DNA from: Macrostomum lignano
Taxonomy: Eukaryota
Assembly (NCBI GenBank): GCA_002269645.1
Contig: NIVC01001129.1
Coordinates: 62,001-126,000 of the forward strand
DNA: 64,000 bases
Direction of reading: 5' to 3'
Each line of letters opens with the position of its first letter. Position 1 is the first letter of the stretch. Below are positions 48,484 to 64,000 of this stretch, piece by piece. Below the pieces are notes generated by a model that had not been told where the DNA came from, did not search any database, and saw only the letters and a program-made list of their open reading frames with translations. The translations under genes and the position numbers were made by a program.

Positions 48484-49940
48484 AGCCATGCAGTTAAACA
48501 AAGCAGAAAAATGATGAATATTTAATCAAGCTTGAAACTGCTATACTCTGATTATTAAACTGCGAGATAGTGTGGGTGGATTGTTCAGTATTCTAGTATA
48601 GTATTTTTGAAGTAATTTTGAAGTAACCAGGGGCGCCAGCACCAGCAGGGGCGCCAGCACCAGGGGCGCCAGCACTAGGGGCGCCAGCACCAGCAGGGGC
48701 GCCAGCACTAGGGGCGCCAGCACCAGCAGGGGCGCCAGCACCAGGGGCGCCAGCACCAGGGGCGCCAGCACCAGGGGCGCCAGCACCAGGGGCGCCAGCA
48801 CCAGGGGCGCCAGCACCAGGGGCGCCAGCACCAGGGGCGCCAGCACCAGGGGCGCCAGCACCAGGGGCGCCAGCACCAGGGGCGCCAGCACCAGGGGCGC
48901 CAGCACCAGGGGCGCCAGCACCAGGGGCGCCAGCACCAGGGGCGCCAGCACCAGGGGCGCCAGCACCAGGGGCGCCAGCACCAGGGGCGCCAGCACCAGG
49001 GGCGCCAGCACCAGGGGCGCCAGCACCAGGGGCGCCAGCACCAGGGGCGCCAGCACCAGGGGCGCCAGCACCAGGGGCGCCAGCACCAGGGGCGCCAGCA
49101 CCAGGGGCGCCAGCACCAGGGGCGCCAGCACCAGGGGCGCCAGCACCAGGGGCGCCAGCACCAGGGGCGCCAGCACCAGGGGCGCCAAATGCAGATTTTG
49201 TCAGCGCATTGAGGAGGGGGCCGTTGCCTCCCTGCCCCCCCCCCCGCCTAGGCTACGTCCTGAGAAAAAGCATTTTTTAGTTCAACAAATCCAAGCTGCT
49301 TTGCTTTGCTTTTATGACGCCATGCAGGGGATTAAGGATTTAAAGGAACTCCAAAAGAAGAAGCTAGAAGCTAGCCATGCAGTTAAACAAAGCAGAAAAA
49401 TGATGAATATTTAATCAAGCTTGAAACTGCTATACTCTGATTATTAAACTGCGAGATAGTGTGGGTGGATTGTTCAGTATTCTAGTATAGTATTTTTGAA
49501 GTAATTTTGAAGTAACCAGGGGCGCCAGCACCAGCAGGGGCGCCAGCACCAGGGGCGCCAGCACTAGGGGCGCCAGCACCAGCAGGGGCGCCAGCACTAG
49601 GGGCGCCAGCACCAGCAGGGGCGCCAGCACCAGGGGCGCCAGCACCAGGGGCGCCAGCACCAGGGGCGCCAGCACCAGGGGCGCCAGCACCAGGGGCGCC
49701 AGCACCAGGGGCGCCAGCACCAGGGGCGCCAGCACCAGGGGCGCCAGCACCAGGGGCGCCAAATGCAGATTTTGTCAGCGCATTGAGGAGGGGGCCGTTG
49801 CCTCCCTGCCCCCCCCCCGCCTAGGCTACGTCCTGAGAAAAAGCATTTTTTAGTTCAACAAATCCAAGCTGCTTTGCTTTGCTTTTATGACGCCATGCAG
49901 GGGATTAAGGATTTAAAGGAACTCCAAAAGAAGAAGCTAG
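48484..49940. repeat. Tandem segmental duplication (48484-49367 and 49373-49940), each copy carrying a 15-bp CCAGGGGCGCCAGCA array of different length
   Basis: Flanks look identical by eye. Arrays at about 48627-49187 (about 37 units) and about 49516-49760 (about 16 units). Confidence 0.93.
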
Positions 49941-50699
49941 CAAAGAGCTGTTTGCTTTTTGAGTCTTCAAACAGGGCCAAAATCGTGGATGCAGCAGCAG
50001 CCGAGGAGTCGGTAGGATAAAAAATTCTTGAAGCGAGGAAAGAAGACTTCTGCTGCTCGGACGAGGAGAGAGGAGGATCGAGCCGTGTTGGGGGGGGGGC
50101 TGTTGCTTCTCTTGGGCTGCTGGAGCAGCAATAAGCTTATGAGGCGCGGAGCGCGTGAGAGACAGACAGGACACGAAGGCCCATGCCAGAAAACAGCAGG
50201 GAAGCGGGAATAGGGCTAGGGTCCCCCCACCGTGATTAAATCATGCCCCCACGGCTCTCACCCCTCAGCTCCCCACGGTTTGTGCCGCCACCAGTCGCAG
50301 CTTCCCGTCAGCCAGTCTTCATCTCTATATTTTCTGCTCCTGCTCCGTCCGTCCCCCTTCGGGTGCCCGTGCTAATTACAGGGGGACTCAGGCTCGCAAG
50401 ATCGCATTCTTTATTCTATTTTCCTCTCTTGTTGCAGTTCTGACGGCTTTGCCGGAAATTGCATGGCGGAATCAACAGAAAAACTGAAAACTTGAAAATT
50501 TTAACAATTTAGTTTATCGGAATCCGACATCAACCCGACACACACCATGATGCAGCAGTAAGTCTCAAAAAATTAGTAATTGTTTTCTTTGTGTAAAAGT
50601 TTCACTTTTTAAATTCAATTTTTTGTTACATTTAAGCTCTTTCTTAAAAATCAAATTCACCGAATATCACTGCTCAATGGATCTCATATCACTGATTCT

Positions 50700-51630
50700 C
50701 ATAACACTGGATTCATATCACTGGCTCTCATGTCACTGGCTCTCATGTCACTGGCTCTCATGTCACTGGCTCTCATGGATCACTGGATCACATGGATCAC
50801 TGGATCTCATATCACTGGCTCTCATAGATCACTGGATCTCATGGATCACTGGATCTCATGGATCACTGGATCTCATGGATCACTGGATCTCATGAATCAC
50901 TGGATCTCATGGATCACTGGATCTCATGGATCACTCGATCTCATGGATCACTGGATCTCATGGATCACTAAATCTCATGGATCACTGGATCTCATGGATC
51001 ACTGGATCTCATGGATCACTGGATCTCATGGATCACTGGATCTCATGGTCACTGGATCTCATGGATCACTGGATCTCATGGATCACTGGATCTCATGGAT
51101 CACTGGATCTCATAGATGACTGGATCTCATAGATGACTGGATCTCATGGATCTCTGCATCTCATGAATCACTGGATCTCATATCACTGTTTCTCATATCA
51201 CTGGATCTCATATCAATGGATCTCATATCACTGTTTCTCATATCACTGGCTCTCAAATCACTGGATCTCATATCACTGGATCTCATATCACTGTTTCTCA
51301 TATCACTGGCTCTCATATCACTGGATCTCATATCAATGGATCTCATATCACTGGATCTCATATCAATGGATCTCATATCACTGGATCTCATATCAATGGA
51401 TCTCAAATCACTGGATCTCAAATCACTGGATCTCAAATCACTGGATCTCAAATCACTGGATCTCAAATCACTGGATCTCAAATCACTGGATCTCAAATCA
51501 CTGGATCTCAAATCACTGGATCTCAAATCACTGGATCTCATATCACTGGATCTCATATCACTGGATCTCATATCACTGGATCTCATATCACTGGATCTCA
51601 TATCATAAGATATCATATCACTGGATCTCA
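50700..51630. repeat. Compound minisatellite of 15- and 17-bp units built on ATCACTGGATCTCAT
   Basis: Direct reading; intergenic. Confidence 0.94.
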
Positions 51631-51949
51631 TGCAATGTGATTCTCATTTGCGTTACGTTTCACTATACTATCTCTAATGTTTATAAACTCGAGAAATTCT
51701 ATCATCGTCAGCTGGTCGTGTTGCTGCATAAATATTGACAACTGTGAATTTTCCATTCACATTCATACAATGCTACTTGCTAGTAGGAATATTGAAATTT
51801 TAAAGATATTGAAACCCCTAATCCCATCTATAAACCTAACCCTAACCATGCCGACCAACTCACAGCATTTCAGCAATTTCCCTTTAGAACTTTCGACATC
51901 TTAGCAATTCCCCATAATGAGGATTGACTAAAATGAGGATTTAATTGAG

Positions 51950-52395
51950 GGGAGAGTCAGAGGGAGAGAGCGGAGTTCAAAGGAGGGGGAGTCACTCGGA
52001 GAGAGCGGAGTTTAAGGGAGGGGAGAGTCAGATGAGAGAGCGGAGTTTAAGGGGGAGTCAGTGGGAGAGAGTGGAGTTTAAGGGAGAGTCAGTGGGAGAG
52101 AGCGGAGTTTAAGGGGGAGTCAGTGGGAGAGAGCGGAGTTTAAGGGGGAGTCAGTGGGAGAGAGCGGAGTTTAAGGGGGAGTCAGTGGGAGAGAGTGGAG
52201 TTTAAGGGAGAGTCAGTGGGAGAGAGCGGAGTTTAAGGGGGAGTCAGTGGGAGAGAGCGGAGTTTAAGGGGGAGTCAGTGGGAGAGAGCGGAGTTTAAGG
52301 GGGAGTCAGTGGGAGAGAGCGGAGTTTAAGGGGAGTCAGTGGGAGAGAGCGGAGTTTAAGGGGGAGTCAGTGGGAGAGAGCGGAGTTTAAGGGAG
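51950..52395. repeat. Purine-rich minisatellite, about 31-bp unit AAGGGGGAGTCAGTGGGAGAGAGCGGAGTTT
   Basis: Direct tandem copies. Confidence 0.94.
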
Positions 52396-53089
52396 CGTGA
52401 AAGACTGCGAATCTGCCCTCTACAGCTATTCATACTTCAGTAGCAAGTGGCATCAGGTGACAGTGCAGGAAAACTCATAACTCCGTTCAGAAAGTATCAA
52501 AGCCATACAAGTCTCAAAGTCTCTAAGATTTCAAAGTTGAGTTGCTATGCTTCGAAGTCCGCAGACTTTCTTCGAGCTTAGCGGCCAGTGGCTTCGCGAC
52601 CGCTAGGCATAATTGATGAGTGGGTAGGGGAGCGAGAAGATGGATTGGGTGAATGCTAGTCTGGCAGTGAAGCTGCACAACCCCCACCCCCCAGCAACCA
52701 GTGACCGAATATTCCTATCATAGTCAAGAAGGATCTGAGCTCAAAATTGCTGGCAAAACTCGCTAAAACTCTGCTCGCGGGAGAGAGCTTGGCGTGAGTT
52801 TGTGGAAGGCACGGCTCAACCGATAAAAATCATGCAAAACCATATGCAGACTCCCCGGCTCCATCCCATCCATATTTCCACATTTTGTGCTGATCTTGTC
52901 AAAAGCCCGGCCTGTCTTATTGCTGCTCGAATGGCTGCACACATGTAGCGGAGAGCTGCTCTCTGTCCAGCATGAATCCTTTGATTGCACACTGCGTCTG
53001 TGTCTGGCCTTCTCCCAGACCATCGCTTCTCATCTGACCCTCATGTCCACAGCCCACACCGGCTTAGCATTATTGCTTTCTGTTCTCCC

Positions 53090-53835
53090 TCTCCTCTCCC
53101 TTCTTTCCCCCTTCTCTCTCTCTCTCCCTCTCCCTTCTCTCTCTCACTCCCTTCTCTCTCACTCCTTCTTCCTTCTCTCTCTCTCTCTCCCTCTCCCTCT
53201 CCCTTCTCTCTCCCTCTGCCTTCTCTCTCTCACTCCTTTCCCTCTCACTCCTTCTCCCTTCTCTCTCTCTCTCTCTCCCTCTCCCTTCTCTCTCCCTCTC
53301 CCTTCTCTCTCCCTCTCCCTTCTCTCTCCCTCTCCCTTCTCTCTCCCTCTCCCTTCTCTCTCTCATTCTCTTCTCTCTCCCTCTCCCTTCTCTCTCCCTC
53401 TGCCTTCTCTCTCTCACTCCCTTCCCTCTCACTCCTTCTCCCTTCTCTCTCTCTCTCCCTCTCCCTTCTCTCTCTCTCTCTTCCCTTTCCCTCTCCCTTC
53501 TCTCTCCCTTTCCCTTCTCTCTCTCACTCCCTTCTCTCTCACTCCTTCTCCCTTCTCTCTCACTCCTTCTTTCTCTCTCTCTCTCTCCCTCTCCCTTCTC
53601 TCTCTCTCTCCCTCTCCCTTCTCTCTCTCTCTCCCTTCTCTCTCTCTCTCCCTTCTCTCTCCCTCTCCCTTCTCTCTCTCACTCTCTTCTCTTCCCTCTC
53701 CCTCTCCCTTCTCTCTCTCCCTCTCCCCCCTCTCTCTCTCCCCTCTCTTTCTCCTTCTCCCCCCTCTCTCTCCCTCTCTTTTCTCTCCCTTCTCCTTTCT
53801 CTCTCACTCTATTTTCTCTCCCTCTCCCTCCCACC
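53090..53835. repeat. Polypyrimidine (CT/CCT)n tract
   Basis: About 750 bp almost exclusively C/T on the + strand. Confidence 0.95.
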
Positions 53836-54469
53836 GCCTCTGGACAAATAATATTTTTCATGCAAAAATTGAAGAACTCTGACAAATTGCCGTCAATTTC
53901 ATGGCTGGCCTGCGGGCCGAATCTAAAAGAGTTTTCTCTGCTCGACTTCCCCAATCCTGAAGCTTTACTAATCTCAAAATTCTAGCTCGTAGAAGAAGAA
54001 TTTCCTCCCCCCCCCCACACCGTCTAGTCTGCTCCATTCTCAGCTTGGAATTTTGATGAATTCTAATATTAGCCATATTTAGATTGTCTGCCTGCTAGCC
54101 TGGAGGTCCATTTCTTAGAAACCAGGGCCTCTGACTTCGCGCTGAGAGAGAGGAAGGCAACTAACATAAAAACTTGGGGTGCGGGCATGCAGATGTGGCT
54201 GGCGGTAGAAGCTGGTGCGCTTAGCCTATTTTTAGCCTCATATAGTGTATTAGTTCTGTTTGCATTTGGCTGGAAGTGCCGCTCACAAGCATTGAGCAGG
54301 GCGAAGCGCTAGAAATACTCCGAACAAATTTAGATTGCTTGCGCTTGCTGCGAGCTGCGCTGCAGAAAAACTCTAAATTATGCAGATATTTTTAAAGCTA
54401 GCATAGCTACTGAGAATCTAGTTTATAATCTCACTCACTCATAGACTTACAGTAGCCATGATACCCATA

Positions 54470-55330
54470 AACTCACTCGTGAAGTCAATCATAAACACAC
54501 TCGTGAAGTCAATCACAAACGCACTCGTGGAGTCAATCATAAACACACTCGTGGAGTCAATCATAAACACACTCGTGGAGTCAATCATAAACACACTCGT
54601 GGAGTCAATCATAAACGCACTCGTGGAGTCAATCATAAACACACTCGTGAAGTCAATCATAAACGCACTCGTGGAGTCAATCATAAACACACTCGTGGAG
54701 TCAATCATAAACGCACTCGTGGAGTCAATCATAAACACACTCGTGGAGTCAATCATAAACACACTCGTGGAGTCAATCATAAACACACTCGTGGAGTCAA
54801 TCATAAACGCACTCGTGGAGTCAATCATAAACACACTCGTGGAGTCAATCATAAACACACTCGTGGAGTCAATCATAAACACACTCGTGGAGTCAATCAT
54901 AAACACACTCGTGGAGTCAATCATAAACGCACTCGTGGAGTCAATCATAAACACACTCGTGGAGTCAATCATAAACACACTCGTGGAGTCAATCATAAAC
55001 ACACTCGTGGAGTCAATCATAAACACACTCGTGGAGTCAATCATAAACACACTCGTGAAGTCAATCATAAACACACTCGTGGAGTCAATCATAAACACAC
55101 TCGTGGAGTCAATCATAAACACACTCGTGGAGTCAATCATAAACACACTCGTGGAGTCAATCATAAACACACTCGTGGAGTCAATCATAAACACACTCGT
55201 GGAGTCAATCATAAACACACTCGTGGAGTCAATCATAAACACACTCGTGAAGTCAATCATAAACACACTCGTGGAGACGGTCATAAAAACACTCATAAAC
55301 ACACCCGTGAACTCGCTCATAAACACACTC
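54470..55330. repeat. Minisatellite, 24-bp unit GTCAATCATAAACACACTCGTGGA
   Basis: About 33 homogeneous copies plus decayed flanks. Confidence 0.96.
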
Positions 55331-56423
55331 GTAAAGTCAATCATAAACATGCATACTCGTGAAGACAGTCTTAAACACACTCATAAACACACCCGTGAGC
55401 TCACTCATAAACACGATCGTGAAGCAACTCACAAATGCACTCGTGAACCCATTCATGCAGTCTTATTCTCTCGGCTTTTTTCGCTACTCAATTTCCCGTC
55501 CCATATCTGGAAGTTTCTCTTTTATCTATTTTCTCTTAGGCGGGTACAGAGGCGTTTAACATTTGGACTTTAAAGAAATAAAATGTGAGAAGAGGGAAGA
55601 GGAAGATTAAGAAAAGAAATAGCGACATAAGCGGACAGCCAGATGAGGTTGTCCTGAACTGACTTCTCGACTGCAAGAGAGTACAAGGAAAGGAAAGCAG
55701 AGAGCTCAGAGAGAGAAAGCAGGAGAGAGGGATCTCCACCCCATTGGGTGCAGGTGGCGCCTTGCGCACACGCAATGCAAATTTTTAGCGCGCATGCTAG
55801 AGACGGAGTAAGGGGCTGAGTGAACCCCGATGGCTGTGCAGCCGGGGAGGCTGGGAGGCGGACTGGGAGAAGGATTGGATGGAGCTTTACTGAGACTGAG
55901 GCGAAGGGCTGTGTGGGTGGGGTCAATGGGTTGAATGGACGGTAACGCCGATACGCTCACTGACGCCCCCCCTCTCCACCATCCTCGCAACCTCATCCAC
56001 TCCCCATCCGCTCCCCAATCACATGCGTCAGTCAGCCCCGCGCTGTGAAAGTTCTCTGCAGTGCCCAAACAATCCTTAGCCTTAGGCTGCAGCAACTCAC
56101 TGACTCACTCCCTCACGCACTGCTCTCTCTCTCTAAGTCGTCGAAGAGATCCCGTGTTTAAATAAATATTTTTTAACGCGAAATTGCTTGGCACGCTGGA
56201 TTTAGCAATTTTATTTTGTAAATCGGAAAACATATTCGAGCACAGCTCAAATTCTGATTTATATTTTTTTCAAGCAGAGGCGGCTTAGCAGCAGATAAAT
56301 AATTGTTATAAATCTCTTTTATAAGTCGTGCCGCTCATGCTAAACCGCGGCTCAATGAGCGACAGCGGCCACAGAGCTGCCACAGGCCCTGGGTAACCAT
56401 CCATCAGAAAGAGTTTTTAGACT

Positions 56424-64000
<7,577 letters not shown>

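Noticed and set aside
48541-49762. (APLVL)n ORFs resembling a membrane or structural protein
   Set aside because: They are 15-bp VNTR translations in duplicated non-coding sequence, with a TTG start and no splice context.
52763-53023. Reverse-transcriptase remnant (RAFDKIS resembling KAFD)
   Set aside because: It is a single short motif with no other RT motifs recognisable.
54439-55573. ESIINTLV / MIDSTSVF repeat proteins
   Set aside because: They come from a 24-bp minisatellite that is open on both strands by arithmetic, with no domain or exon signals.

Overview
This is eukaryotic (animal) genomic DNA, with no prokaryotic features. Four protein-coding genes can be reconstructed by hand from GT-AG splice sites with consistent phases. 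(1) ATP7-type Cu(I) P1B-ATPase on the minus strand: 11 exons from 17484 to 818, continuing past the left edge, with seven GMxCxxC metal-binding domains. (2) MOB1 with an intronless CDS (minus, 22520-21777). (3) RRP5/PDCD11 (minus, 13 exons, 42327-24786, about 1,907 aa, 5' end unresolved). (4) The start of a RIM/Piccolo-family active-zone gene (plus, 56424 to beyond 64000). Almost every intron longer than about 300 bp is largely filled by its own micro- or minisatellite (units of 4-42 bp), and these arrays generate most of the ORF-track entries as artefacts. This architecture suggests a Macrostomum-like flatworm, which is inference only. Mobile DNA includes a 634-bp perfect fold-back element made of two Tc1/mariner 5' ends (46844-47477, TA-flanked), a fold-back MITE, three copies of one tRNA-headed SINE, a second tRNA-headed SINE and a possible decayed piggyBac fragment. 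The best leads are the per-intron private minisatellites, a possible RRP5-MOB1-ATP7 trans-spliced operon, the 7-MBD ATP7, the Tc1 hairpin and the RIM/Piccolo hybrid zinc finger with a candidate 30-nt micro-exon. All coordinates were read by eye; array boundaries are approximate (about +/-20 bp).
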